In this document: in pieces, positions 1 through 8,170 of the stretch | Position numbering within the stretch: the stretch's first letter is position 1 | Layout of the letters: every line of letters starts with the position of its first letter | Assembly: GCF_051860865.1 (NCBI RefSeq) | Contig: NZ_JBIMKZ010000056.1 | Location: 1 to 20,988, forward strand | DNA length: 20,988 nt | Reading direction: 5' to 3' | Source: Polymorphobacter sp. | GTDB taxonomy: Bacteria > Pseudomonadota > Alphaproteobacteria > Sphingomonadales > Sphingomonadaceae | Notes under the pieces: generated by a model | Databases searched by the model: none | What the model saw: the letters and a program-made list of their open reading frames with translations, nothing else | Told to the model about the DNA's origin: nothing | Translations under genes and position numbers: made by a program

Positions 1-1383
1 GTCGATCTCGCCCTTGCCGTCCTTCAGATTGACCAGCGTCTTCACCACCGCGAGAATGTCCTCGCGGCGCAGCACGGTCATGTCATCCGGCGCATCCAAT
101 TCGAGGCGCATGTTCATCTTGTTGCGGCCGACCGCCGACAGATCGTAGCGATCCTCATCGAAGAAAAGACCATAAAACATGGCTTCGGCGGTCTCGCGGG
201 TCGGCGGTTCGCCAGGGCGCATGACGCGATAGATTTCGGACAGCGCATGATCGCGCTCCTCGACCTTGTCGGCCATCAGCGTGTTGCGGATCCACGGACC
301 GACAGAGACATGGTCAATGTCGAGCAGTTCGATCGACGACTGGCCCGACTTGTCGATCTTCTCGAGATTCTCGGCAGTCAGCTCGTCGCCGGCCTCGATG
401 TAGATCTCGCCGGTCGACTCGTTGATGATGTCGAACGCCGAATAACGACCGAAGATTTCCTCGGTCGGGATCAGGAGGGTCTTCAGCCCGTCGCTGGCCG
501 CCTTGCGCACGGCCCGCGGCGTGATCTTGGTGCCGAGCGGGAAAATGACTTCACCCGTCTCGGCGTTGACGATGTCGAAGCTCGGCTTCAGGTTCCGGTA
601 GTTGGCCTCGACGAACGGCACCACCCAGCCGGCCTCGCCCTTCGAGCCATGACCGCGCACCCAGGTGACGCGGTTGTAGAACAGATTGAGGATTTCCTCG
701 GAATTCCAGTTGAGCGCATAGAGCAAAGTCGTCACCGGCAGCTTGCGCTTGCGGTCGATGCGGACGTTGACGATGTCCTTGGCGTCGAACTCGAAATCGA
801 GCCACGAGCCACGATAGGGAATGATCCGGGCGGCGAACAGATATTTGCCGCTGGCATGGGTCTTGCCGCGATCATGATCGAAGAACACGCCCGGTGAACG
901 ATGCATCTGGCTGACAATCACGCGCTCGGTGCCGTTGACGATGAAAGTGCCGTTCATCGTCATCAGCGGCATGTCGCCCATGTAGACGTCCTGCTCCTTG
1001 ATATCGAGCACGGAGCGGGTCTCGGCATCGACTTCGAAGACGATCAGCCGCAGCGTCACCCGCATCGGGGCGGCATAGGTCATGCCGCGCTGGCGGCACT
1101 CATCGGTATCGTATTTCGGGTCTTCGAGCTCGTAATGAACGAAGTCCAGTTCGGCGGTGCCGGCAAAGTCGCGGATCGGGAACACCGACCGCAGCGTCTT
1201 TTCCAAGCCCGAGACATAGCCCTCGGCAGGGCGCGACCGTAGGAAATGCTCGTAGCTGTCGCGCTGCACCTCGATCAGGTTCGGCATCTGCACCACTTCG
1301 CCGATCTTGCCGAAATCCTTGCGGACGCGGCGACGGGCATTGAAGGGCTTGGGCGCGATCGGGGGCTTCATCTGGGTGGCCAT
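1..1383 (-). CDS. rpoB: DNA-directed RNA polymerase beta subunit, N-terminal portion (gene continues beyond window start)
   Basis: The reverse-complement translation from the ATG at 1383 reads [48 protein letters not shown]..., the conserved RpoB N-terminus. It lies in the canonical position downstream of rplL on the same strand. It runs off the window edge, so it is absent from the ORF track. Confidence 0.9.
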   Translation of the reverse strand, partial: MATQMKPPIAPKPFNARRRVRKDFGKIGEVVQMPNLIEVQRDSYEHFLRSRPAEGYVSGLEKTLRSVFPIRDFAGTAELDFVHYELEDPKYDTDECRQRGMTYAAPMRVTLRLIVFEVDAETRSVLDIKEQDVYMGDMPLMTMNGTFIVNGTERVIVSQMHRSPGVFFDHDRGKTHASGKYLFAARIIPYRGSWLDFEFDAKDIVNVRIDRKRKLPVTTLLYALNWNSEEILNLFYNRVTWVRGHGSKGEAGWVVPFVEANYRNLKPSFDIVNAETGEVIFPLGTKITPRAVRKAASDGLKTLLIPTEEIFGRYSAFDIINESTGEIYIEAGDELTAENLEKIDKSGQSSIELLDIDHVSVGPWIRNTLMADKVEERDHALSEIYRVMRPGEPPTRETAEAMFYGLFFDEDRYDLSAVGRNKMNMRLELDAPDDMTVLRREDILAVVKTLVNLKDGKGEID

Positions 1384-1636
1384 GGAGTGTCTTCGCCTCT
1401 CGTAGTCATCTGCCGAGCCTCCGCAAAAGCGGAGACAACAAAAGCCGCGCGACAGACGAACGCAGTCTCCTGCGTCCGAATGCCACACGGCACTGGCGAT
1501 CGATCCTGCCCCTCCCATGCGTCGCGGCCGCATCGCTAAACAGGCCGTGTCCCGGAGAGGACAAGGAGGAACGGCCCTTCGGCGCGTCCTCTATGTCGCC
1601 CATATAGGACAGTTGCTGGCGTTCGGGAAGGGGCCA

Positions 1637-1668
1637 ATGAAAAAGGGCGGCTCCCGAAGGAACCGCCC
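1637..1668 (-). terminator. rplL-rpoB intergenic attenuator/terminator hairpin
   Basis: On the minus strand: GGGCGGTTCCTTCGGGAGCCGCCC (stem-loop with a CGAA-type loop) followed by TTTTTCA. It lies about 40 nt downstream of the rplL stop. The classical partial terminator between rplL and rpoB occupies this position. Confidence 0.55.
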
Positions 1669-1705
1669 TGCTTCATCGGCTGGATGCGGCGGAGCCGCAG
1701 CTGCC

Positions 1706-2083
1706 TTACTTGAGTTCGACGGTCGCGCCGGCTTCTTCAAGCTGCTTCTTGATCTTCTCGGCGTCGGCCTTCGAGATGCCTTCCTTGATCGGCTTCGGCG
1801 CCGACTCGACCAGCGTCTTGGCTTCGGTCAGGCCCAGGCCGGTGATGGCGCGGACTTCCTTGATGACGTTGATCTTCTTGCCACCGTCACCGGTCAGGAT
1901 CACGTCGAACTCGGTCTGCTCTTCGACAGCAGCGGCAGGCGCGGCGCCACCGGCCGGGCCGGCGACGGCAACGGCAGCAGCGGCGGAAACGCCCCACTTC
2001 TCTTCAAGCATCTTGGCCAGTTCGGCAGCTTCAAGCACGGTCAGGGTGGAAAGCTGTTCAACGATTGCGTTCAGGTCAGCCAT
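1706..2083 (-). CDS. rplL: 50S ribosomal protein L7/L12
   Basis: 125 aa: [37 protein letters not shown]...GATVELK, unmistakable L7/L12. An AGGAG SD precedes the ATG. Confidence 0.95.
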   Translation of the reverse strand: MADLNAIVEQLSTLTVLEAAELAKMLEEKWGVSAAAAVAVAGPAGGAAPAAAVEEQTEFDVILTGDGGKKINVIKEVRAITGLGLTEAKTLVESAPKPIKEGISKADAEKIKKQLEEAGATVELK

Positions 2084-2121
2084 GGTAAATCTCCTAAAAT
2101 CAGTGAATTATGACGAAATGA

Positions 2122-2634
2122 TCAGGCAGCCTTATCGGCATAGGCCTGAACGACGCGGGCGAGCTTGGCAGCTGGCGCGGTCGAAAGCTGGGCGATCTTG
2201 GTCGCCGGCGCATTCAACAGGCCGATCAGCTTGGCACGCAGCTCATCGAGCGACGGCAGTTCGGCCAGTGCCTTGACACCGTTCACATCGAGCATCTGGG
2301 CGCCGATGGCACCGCCGACGATCTCGAACTTGTCCGTGGTCTTGGCAAAGTCCACCGCCGCCTTGGCCGCGGCCACCGGATCGGCAGACGTGGCGAAGCC
2401 CGTCGGGCCAGTCAGCATCTCGCCGAGCGGCTGATAGGGCGTGCCCTCGATGGCGATCCGCGCCAGGCGGTTCTTCGTCACCTTGAAGCTGGCGCCGGCC
2501 TTGCGCATCCGGTTGCGAAGGTCATTGACCTGAGCAACGGTGAGCCCGTGGTTGCGGGTGACCACAACCACCGAGGTTTCGGCCAGCGTCGAAGCGAGGC
2601 CGGCAATGGTATCGGCTTTTTGCGAGCGATCCAT
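2122..2634 (-). CDS. rplJ: 50S ribosomal protein L10
   Basis: 170 aa with L10-like composition and position (rplA-rplJ-rplL). An AAGGAGAGACC SD lies upstream of the ATG at 2634. Confidence 0.93.
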   Translation of the reverse strand: MDRSQKADTIAGLASTLAETSVVVVTRNHGLTVAQVNDLRNRMRKAGASFKVTKNRLARIAIEGTPYQPLGEMLTGPTGFATSADPVAAAKAAVDFAKTTDKFEIVGGAIGAQMLDVNGVKALAELPSLDELRAKLIGLLNAPATKIAQLSTAPAAKLARVVQAYADKAA

Positions 2635-2922
2635 GGTCTCTCCTTCATGTCACCCCGGCGAACCGGGGCGGGCTGGGTTTGGCACGCGCAAGCGCGTACC
2701 GGCGGAACCAGGGCCACCCGATTTCACGGGCAGCCATGGCCCGTCCAACGATGAACGAAAGCCGCACGACACGCGTGCGGCAAGAATTCGGTCAATCGTC
2801 TCATGCAGGCCCACCAAATGATATCTGGCGGCTTAAGAGGCGAACCTCACCGGCAATCTCGGACGGTTGGGTGCAGGCATGCCTGCAACCGATCCATGCG
2901 CCATAACGATTTTTGCCCGCCC
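2635..2922 (-). promoter_or_regulatory. Long rplJ 5' leader (candidate L10(L12)4 autoregulatory leader)
   Basis: About 345 nt of non-coding sequence separates the rplA stop (2981) from the rplJ start (2634). Bacterial rplJ mRNAs carry a structured L10-binding leader in exactly this position. No convincing ORF is present; the track ORFs here are GC-driven. Confidence 0.4.
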
Positions 2923-2955
2923 GTCAAGAAAAAGGGCCGGAATTGCTCCCGGCCC
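2923..2955 (-). terminator. Intrinsic terminator downstream of rplA
   Basis: On the minus strand: GGGCCGGGAGCAATTCCGGCCC (7-bp GC stem) followed by TTTTTCTTGAC. It lies about 25 nt after the rplA stop. Confidence 0.6.
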
Positions 2956-2980
2956 CTTCGCTATCATCGAGACGAAAATC

Positions 2981-3679
2981 TCAGATCGAATGACCGACCG
3001 TATTCGTATCAACACGCACGCCAGCCCCCATGGTCGAGGACAGCGCCACCTTCTGCAAATACTTGCCCTTGGCGCCCGACGGCTTGGCCCGCACCACGGC
3101 ATCGAGCAGCGCATCGAAGTTGGCGCGCAGGTCCTCCTGCGGGAAGCTCGCCTTGCCGAGCAGGCCATGGATGATCCCGGCCTTCTCGACGCGATATTCC
3201 ACCTGGCCGCCCTTGGCCGCCTTCACCGCTTCTCCGACGTTCATCGTCACCGTGCCAAGCTTCGGGTTCGGCATCAGGCCCTTCGGGCCCAGCACCTTGC
3301 CGAGGCGGCCGACGAGGCCCATCAAGTCCGGCGTGGCGATGCAGCGATCGAAATCGATGGTGCCGCCCTGGACGATCTCCAGCAGGTCCTCGGCACCGAC
3401 GACTTCCGCACCGGCGGCGCGGGCTTCGTCAGCCTTGGCGCCGCGCGCGAACACGCCGACGCGCACCGACTTGCCGGTGCCCTTGGGCAGCGTCACCACG
3501 CCACGGACCATCTGGTCGGCATGCCGCGGATCGACATTGAGGTTGATCGCCACCTCGATGGTCTCGTCGAACTTCGACGTGGCATTCTTCTTCACCATCG
3601 CCAGCGCGGTATCGAGATCATACAGCGTGTCACGGTCAACGGCGGCGGCGAGCGCCTTGGCTTTCTTGCTCTGTGCCAT
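2981..3679 (-). CDS. rplA: 50S ribosomal protein L1
   Basis: The track ORF 2981..3751 contains an in-frame [60 protein letters not shown]... The L1 N-terminus begins at the internal ATG at 3679. The longer N-terminal extension would overlap rplK. Confidence 0.93.
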   Translation of the reverse strand: MAQSKKAKALAAAVDRDTLYDLDTALAMVKKNATSKFDETIEVAINLNVDPRHADQMVRGVVTLPKGTGKSVRVGVFARGAKADEARAAGAEVVGAEDLLEIVQGGTIDFDRCIATPDLMGLVGRLGKVLGPKGLMPNPKLGTVTMNVGEAVKAAKGGQVEYRVEKAGIIHGLLGKASFPQEDLRANFDALLDAVVRAKPSGAKGKYLQKVALSSTMGAGVRVDTNTVGHSI

Positions 3680-3683
3680 GATC

Positions 3684-4118
3684 TCAGCCCTCCACCACTT
3701 CGAGGCCCATCGAGCGCGCACTGCCCTCGATGGTCCGCATGGCCATTTCAACGGTATTGGCGTTCAGGTCCGCCATCTTGGTCTCGGCGATCTCGCGAAT
3801 CTGCGACTGCTTGACCTTGCCGGCAAAGTCGCCCTTGCCGGTGGTCGCGCCACCGGACTTGAGGCCCGCTGCCATCTTCAACAGATAGCTGGCCGGCGGC
3901 GTCTTGGTCTCGAAGCTGAACGAGCGATCGGCATAGACGGTGATCACCGTCGGGATCGGGGTGCCCTTCTCCAGCTTCTCGGTACGCGCGTTGAACGCCT
4001 TGCAGAATTCCATGATATTGACGCCGCGCTGGCCCAGCGCCGGGCCGATCGGCGGCGAAGGATTGGCGGCGCCAGCCTTCACCTGCAACTTGATGTATCC
4101 GGTAATCTTCTTTGCCAT
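3684..4118 (-). CDS. rplK: 50S ribosomal protein L11
   Basis: 144 aa: [44 protein letters not shown]..., the canonical L11. An AAGGAG SD precedes it. Confidence 0.95.
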   Translation of the reverse strand: MAKKITGYIKLQVKAGAANPSPPIGPALGQRGVNIMEFCKAFNARTEKLEKGTPIPTVITVYADRSFSFETKTPPASYLLKMAAGLKSGGATTGKGDFAGKVKQSQIREIAETKMADLNANTVEMAMRTIEGSARSMGLEVVEG

Positions 4119-4181
4119 GATGGCACTCCTTCATGTGGTGCAAGCGGCCGGGTCACGGCCTCCCACGGTGGACCGGTTGAG

Positions 4182-4718
4182 CTACTTCTGCTTCTCAACC
4201 TGTTCGAAGCCCAGCTCGACGGGCGTGGCCCGGCCGAAGATGGACACCGAAACCTTGACGCGGCCATGGTCGAAGTCGATCTCCTCGACAAGGCCGTTGA
4301 ACGACGCGAATGGGCCATCGAGAACGCGCACCTGGTCGCCGATCTCGAAATTGGCCTTCAGCTTGATCTTGGTGGCCGGGGTCTCCTCGGCCTTGGTGTT
4401 AAGAATACGCGCGGCTTCGGCCTCGCTGATCGGCTGCGGCTTGTTCTGCTGGCCGAGAAAACCGGTCACCTTCGGGGTGTTCTTGACGAGGTGATAGACA
4501 TCGTCGGTCATCTGCAGCTTGGCGAGCACATAGCCGGGGAAGACCTTCTTCTCGACCGCGCGCTTCTTGCCCTTGAACACTTCATTGACCGTCTCGGTCG
4601 GCACCGACACCTCGTCGATGAAGGCATCGAGACCCATGCGCTGCGCCTCGGACAGGATGGCGTCGCGAACCTTGCCTTCGAAGCCCGAATAGGCGTGAAT
4701 GATGTACCAGCGTCCCAT
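4182..4718 (-). CDS. nusG: Transcription termination/antitermination factor NusG
   Basis: MGRWYIIHAYSGFEGKV... is the typical NusG N-terminus (NGN) and a KOW-like C-terminus follows. The start is assigned to the ATG at 4718, which has a GAGGA SD. The track start at 4730 is TTG. Confidence 0.9.
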   Translation of the reverse strand: MGRWYIIHAYSGFEGKVRDAILSEAQRMGLDAFIDEVSVPTETVNEVFKGKKRAVEKKVFPGYVLAKLQMTDDVYHLVKNTPKVTGFLGQQNKPQPISEAEAARILNTKAEETPATKIKLKANFEIGDQVRVLDGPFASFNGLVEEIDFDHGRVKVSVSIFGRATPVELGFEQVEKQK

Positions 4719-4726
4719 GTGGATCC

Positions 4727-4960
4727 TCAACCAGCCAAGCCGAGCAGGAACTGGACAATGCCGCCCAGAATCTTGTCCACGCCCAGAAAGAACAATGACA
4801 GCAGCGTCGTCATGATCAGCACCATGATCGTCATGCGGATGGTATCGGACGTCGTCGGCCAGACGATCTTGGCGGCTTCGGCACGCACCTGGCGCACGAA
4901 CTCGCCCACGGAAACCCGCGGTGCTTTCGCCTTTTCGCCTGCCTTGGATTCGATTGCCAT
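4727..4960 (-). CDS. secE: Preprotein translocase subunit SecE
   Basis: 77 aa with a single C-terminal transmembrane helix (IMVLIMTTLLSLFFLGV). It lies immediately upstream of nusG, in the conserved tRNA-Trp-secE-nusG arrangement. Confidence 0.85.
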   Translation of the reverse strand: MAIESKAGEKAKAPRVSVGEFVRQVRAEAAKIVWPTTSDTIRMTIMVLIMTTLLSLFFLGVDKILGGIVQFLLGLAG

Positions 4961-5093
4961 TACATCCTGTCCGTCAACAACTGCACCCTAGCACCAACGC
5001 GAACGCTGATCACCCTGCCATTCCGCTCCGGGCCATTCCATCCGGCGCCGGACCCGCTGGCGCCGGGTCGGACAGGCCGACCCAGGCGCCAAC

Positions 5094-5169
5094 TGGCAGG
5101 AGTGGAGGGGCTCGAACCCCCGGCCCTCGGTTTTGGAGACCGATGCTCTACCAGCTGAGCTACACTCCT
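5094..5169 (-). tRNA. tRNA-Trp (anticodon CCA)
   Basis: The minus-strand sequence AGGAGTGTAGCTCAGCTGGTAGAGCATCGGTCTCCAAAACCGAGGGCCGGGGGTTCGAGCCCCTCCACTCCTGCCA folds into a cloverleaf. The anticodon loop CUCCAAA carries CCA and the 3' CCA is encoded. Confidence 0.9.
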
Positions 5170-5221
5170 AGGGTCGGGCGCTGGCCTATAAAGCGCTCGC
5201 ACCACCTTCGCAAGCGGACAG

Positions 5222-5250
5222 TTGCAAGCGCGTGAAACCACGCCTATTTC
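5222..5250 (+). promoter_or_regulatory. Putative sigma70-type promoter for tRNA-Gly
   Basis: TTGCAA, a 17-nt spacer, then TATTTC. This ends about 20 nt before the tRNA-Gly 5' end. A weak TTGCGA/TATAGG pair on the opposite strand could serve tRNA-Trp. Confidence 0.35.
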
Positions 5251-5269
5251 GAGGCGTCCGGCCAACCGG

Positions 5270-5343
5270 GCGGGTATAGCACAATGGTAGTGCAGCAGCC
5301 TTCCAAGCTGAATACGCGGGTTCGATTCCCGCTACCCGCTCCA
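5270..5343 (+). tRNA. tRNA-Gly (anticodon UCC)
   Basis: GCGGGTATAGCACAATGGTAGTGCAGCAGCCTTCCAAGCTGAATACGCGGGTTCGATTCCCGCTACCCGCTCCA is near-identical in its T-arm and anticodon arm to E. coli glyT. The discriminator is U and the CCA is encoded. Confidence 0.9.
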
Positions 5344-5437
5344 GCCGCCAAATATATCCCCCTGCCACCTTAATCTCCGGCCGCCACCGCCGTTTCCCTT
5401 CGCACAGCCGGTGACAAGAGAATGCGGGAGAACATGC

Positions 5438-6493
5438 ATGACGATGGAAAGCGGGCGCCTGGTCGCCGAGACCGAGGCCCCGGCGAGCACGGCGGCGCTG
5501 GCCTGGTTCGATCAGATCCGCAGCTTCCTCATCGCCCAGGACCTGCCGCCCGAGCCCCCGGTCTATGATGTGCTGTGGCGCTATGTGCGCGACGAGAATC
5601 ACGACCTGTCACTGGCCATCGACCGCGTCATTGCCGACCGCCAACTCGATCTGCCCACCCTTCTCGATCTGCGGGTCAAATATGTCGACGGCATCAGCAC
5701 TGGCGACGTCGCCGAGCTGGTCGAGGTGGTCCATGGCCAGGCGCGGGCGCTGACCGAGACCATCGAAGTCGGCCAGACCAACCTTGCCCAATATGATCGC
5801 GCCCTCACCCACGGCTCGTCTGCCCTGTCGACGCCGCTGGAGGCCGCCGCCTTGGCCGAACTTCTGGAGAATCTCGGCGAAGCCACCAACACCATGCAGG
5901 CGGCCAATGCCAAGCTGGCCGCCGACCTGGCAGTCGCCGTTACTGAGGCGCGCACGCTCTCCGTCAAACTCGGCGCCGCCCAGCGCGCCGCCATAACCGA
6001 CCAGCTGACCGGTCTGCTCAACCGTCGTGGCACCATTGCACTGATCGAGCAGGCGCAAGCCGAAGCCCGGTCCGCCGGCAAGCCGCTGTCGCTGGCGCTG
6101 ATGGACATCGACAATTTCAAGCGGGTCAACGACCGCTTCGGCCATTCGCTCGGCGACGATGTCCTGCGCTTCGTCGCCGACCATCTCGCCAGCCAGTCGG
6201 ACGTCGCCGGCGGCACGGTCGGGCGGCTGGGCGGGGAGGAGTTTGTTGCCGTTCTGCCGGGCCAGCCGCTGGCGATGGCGACGGCCACCATCGATCAGAT
6301 CCGGGCCCGCCTCGCCGGCCAGATCATCCGCAACGCCGTGGACGGATCGAGCCTCGGCCGTGTCACGTTCTCGGCAGGAGTGACCAACGACACGCCCAAT
6401 GATACCGCTTCCACAATCCTCGAACGCGCCGACCGCGCGCTCTATACCGCCAAGCGGATGGGCCGGGACCGGGTGGTGCCGGACCGGGGCTGA
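5438..6493 (+). CDS. GGDEF-domain diguanylate cyclase with N-terminal helical domain of unknown function
   Basis: The C-terminal half carries LTGLLNRRG ... DIDNFKRVNDRFGH ... GRLGGEEFVAVLPG ... RALYTAKRMGRDRVV, GGDEF signature motifs with an intact GGEEF. The start is assigned to ATG 5438 (MTMESG...), which has a GGGAGA SD. The track start at 5411 is GTG. Confidence 0.85.
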   Translation: MTMESGRLVAETEAPASTAALAWFDQIRSFLIAQDLPPEPPVYDVLWRYVRDENHDLSLAIDRVIADRQLDLPTLLDLRVKYVDGISTGDVAELVEVVHGQARALTETIEVGQTNLAQYDRALTHGSSALSTPLEAAALAELLENLGEATNTMQAANAKLAADLAVAVTEARTLSVKLGAAQRAAITDQLTGLLNRRGTIALIEQAQAEARSAGKPLSLALMDIDNFKRVNDRFGHSLGDDVLRFVADHLASQSDVAGGTVGRLGGEEFVAVLPGQPLAMATATIDQIRARLAGQIIRNAVDGSSLGRVTFSAGVTNDTPNDTASTILERADRALYTAKRMGRDRVVPDRG

Positions 6494-6527
6494 GCGCCTC
6501 GCCGGTAAAAAAAGCCAGCCACGGCCG

Positions 6528-6556
6528 TTGACAATGCCACCCCCCATTCGCCACTA
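6528..6556 (+). promoter_or_regulatory. Putative promoter for tRNA-Tyr
   Basis: A perfect TTGACA -35, a 17-nt spacer, then a weak CCACTA -10. This lies about 25 nt upstream of the tRNA-Tyr 5' end. Confidence 0.35.
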
Positions 6557-6579
6557 GCGCCCCTCGCACTCAGTGCGCG

Positions 6580-6665
6580 TGGAGGGGTGGCCGAGCGGTC
6601 AATGGCAGCAGACTGTAAATCTGCCGGGTTTTCCCTACGTTGGTTCAAATCCAACCCCCTCCACC
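6580..6665 (+). tRNA. tRNA-Tyr (anticodon GUA)
   Basis: GGAGGGGTGGCCGAGCGGTCAATGGCAGCAGACTGTAAATCTGCC...GGTTCAAATCCAACCCCCTCCACCA has a long variable arm. The anticodon loop ACUGUAAAU resembles E. coli tyrT/tyrU. Confidence 0.9.
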
Positions 6666-6796
6666 ACTCTCCCCCCGAAACAGCCACCTTGCCCCGGCTG
6701 TGCAACGGTTCATCGATAGGCAGGGCACAAAAGGCCGAATCGCAGCTTATCTTCGTATCGACGGGCAAGTCTGCCCTCTAGATACAGGAGTTAACC

Positions 6797-7354
6797 ATGC
6801 GCCCCATGCTCATCGCCACAACGGCCTTGTTTGCTGCAGGCCTTGCGGCCGCTCCGTTGGCCGCCCAGCAGGCAGCCGCGCCGGCCGCAGTTGCCACCGC
6901 CACGGCCAATGACAAGCTGGTCGTCGGCGCGACGGTCAAGGATACAGCCGGCGGCGTCGTTGGCACGATCGATGCGGTCGAGGCCAATAGCGTCATCGTC
7001 AATACCGGGACGAACCAGGTGGCGATCCCGCCGAGTTCATTCGGCCAGACACCCGATGGTCCGCTGCTTGCCGCCACCAAAGCCGAACTCGATGGTGCCG
7101 CGAATTCTGCCGCGGCTGCCGATCGCACCCAGATCAACGCTATGCTCACCAACGGCACACCGGTCATCGGCGCCGAAGGCCAGCCGATCGGGACGGTCGA
7201 CATCGTCGAGAACAACATGGTGCTGATCAAGACCGAGACCGGCGAAGCCCAGGTACCGGCCGACAGTTTCATGCTGAAGGATGGCAAACTGGCGATCGGC
7301 ATGACCGCCGAAGCCTTTGCTGCCGCCGTCGAGGCCGCTCGAGCCGGCAGCTGA
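6797..7354 (+). CDS. Secreted protein with two tandem ~60-aa repeats (PRC-barrel-like)
   Basis: An N-terminal signal peptide (MRPMLIATTALFAAGLAAAPLAAQQAAAPA) is followed by two internal repeats of the pattern V.G..V.D..G..VG.ID.V......V.......V..P..SF. An AGGAG SD lies 6 nt before the ATG. Confidence 0.75.
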   Translation: MRPMLIATTALFAAGLAAAPLAAQQAAAPAAVATATANDKLVVGATVKDTAGGVVGTIDAVEANSVIVNTGTNQVAIPPSSFGQTPDGPLLAATKAELDGAANSAAAADRTQINAMLTNGTPVIGAEGQPIGTVDIVENNMVLIKTETGEAQVPADSFMLKDGKLAIGMTAEAFAAAVEAARAGS

Positions 7355-7379
7355 AGAAGCTTTTTAAGATAGGCTGACA

Positions 7380-7408
7380 GGCCGGGGCATAGTCGCTATG
7401 CCCCGGCC
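7380..7408 (+). promoter_or_regulatory. Strong perfect hairpin abutting the start codon of the downstream methyltransferase gene
   Basis: GGCCGGGGCATAG-tcgc-CTATGCCCCGGCC has a 12-bp perfect GC-rich stem. Its 3' arm ends 1 nt before ATG 7409. There is no U-tract on either strand. Confidence 0.45.
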
Positions 7409-8170
7409 ATGGGCCGCAGACCACATCCCCGATCGCAACAGGGCCAGAAAAGCCCGTTCCCGCGCCTTTACGGCCGTCACGCCGTGTTTGCGGCGCTGGA
7501 TAATCCGGAACGCTCGTTCCGGAAACTGCACGTCACCCATGCCTCGGCAAAGACCATCGTCATCCCGCCGGGCCTGACGGTGCAATATGGCGATGACCAT
7601 GATCTCGGTCGTCTGGTGCCCGCCGATGCGCCGCATCAGGGGTTTGTCCTGGAGGTCGACCCGCTCGAGCCGGCTTGGCTGGGGGATATCCTCGCAGAAG
7701 CCCAGACTGACAATGACCGTCGGCCGATCCTCGTGCTCGATCAGGTCACCGATCCGCACAACGTGGGCGCCATTATGCGGTCAGCGTTGGCCTTCGGCGC
7801 AAGGGCGCTAGTCACCCAGGATCGCCATAGCCCGTCCGAAACCGGGGCACTGGCCCGTGCAGCATCGGGCGCGCTCGAACATCTGCCTTGGTGCCGCGTC
7901 GTCAATCTCGCCCGCGCCCTCGACGAAATCGGCGAGGCCGGATTCTGGCGGATCGGCCTCGATGGCACCGCCGATACCGATCTCGAAACAGCGCTGGGCA
8001 TCGCGCGGCCAGCGCTGGTGATGGGCGCCGAGGGCGAAGGGCTCAGGGCGCTGACTATCGAGCGCTGCGACCAGCTGGCCAAGCTGCCGATCAGCGCCGC
8101 GATGGAAAGCCTGAACGTCTCGAACGCTGCCGCCATCGCACTTTACGCAGCGGCCCGCCGCCCCGCCTAG
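7409..8170 (+). CDS. rlmB: TrmH/SpoU-family RNA 2'-O-methyltransferase (RlmB-like)
   Basis: LYGRHAVFAALDNPERSFRKLHV aligns to the RlmB N-terminus. ILVLDQVTDPHNVGAIMRSALAFGARALV and LVMGAEGEGL...NVSNAAAIALY are SpoU-methylase motifs. There is a 19-aa basic N-terminal extension. Confidence 0.8.
   Translation: MGRRPHPRSQQGQKSPFPRLYGRHAVFAALDNPERSFRKLHVTHASAKTIVIPPGLTVQYGDDHDLGRLVPADAPHQGFVLEVDPLEPAWLGDILAEAQTDNDRRPILVLDQVTDPHNVGAIMRSALAFGARALVTQDRHSPSETGALARAASGALEHLPWCRVVNLARALDEIGEAGFWRIGLDGTADTDLETALGIARPALVMGAEGEGLRALTIERCDQLAKLPISAAMESLNVSNAAAIALYAAARRPA

Noticed and set aside
2478-3174. Several 70-120-aa ORFs in the rplJ leader region
   Set aside because: They overlap one another in multiple frames and have no SD. 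The region is the expected structured L10 leader plus the rplA terminator.
3030-4991. 653-aa plus-strand ORF
   Set aside because: It lies entirely antisense to rplA, rplK, nusG and secE, whose protein identities are unambiguous. Its translation is low-complexity A/S/R/P-rich, typical of a GC-rich shadow frame.
5609-6547. 312-aa minus-strand ORF (and 230-aa ORF 5599-6291)
   Set aside because: It is antisense to the GGDEF gene, which has unmistakable GGEEF motifs. It has no recognisable features.
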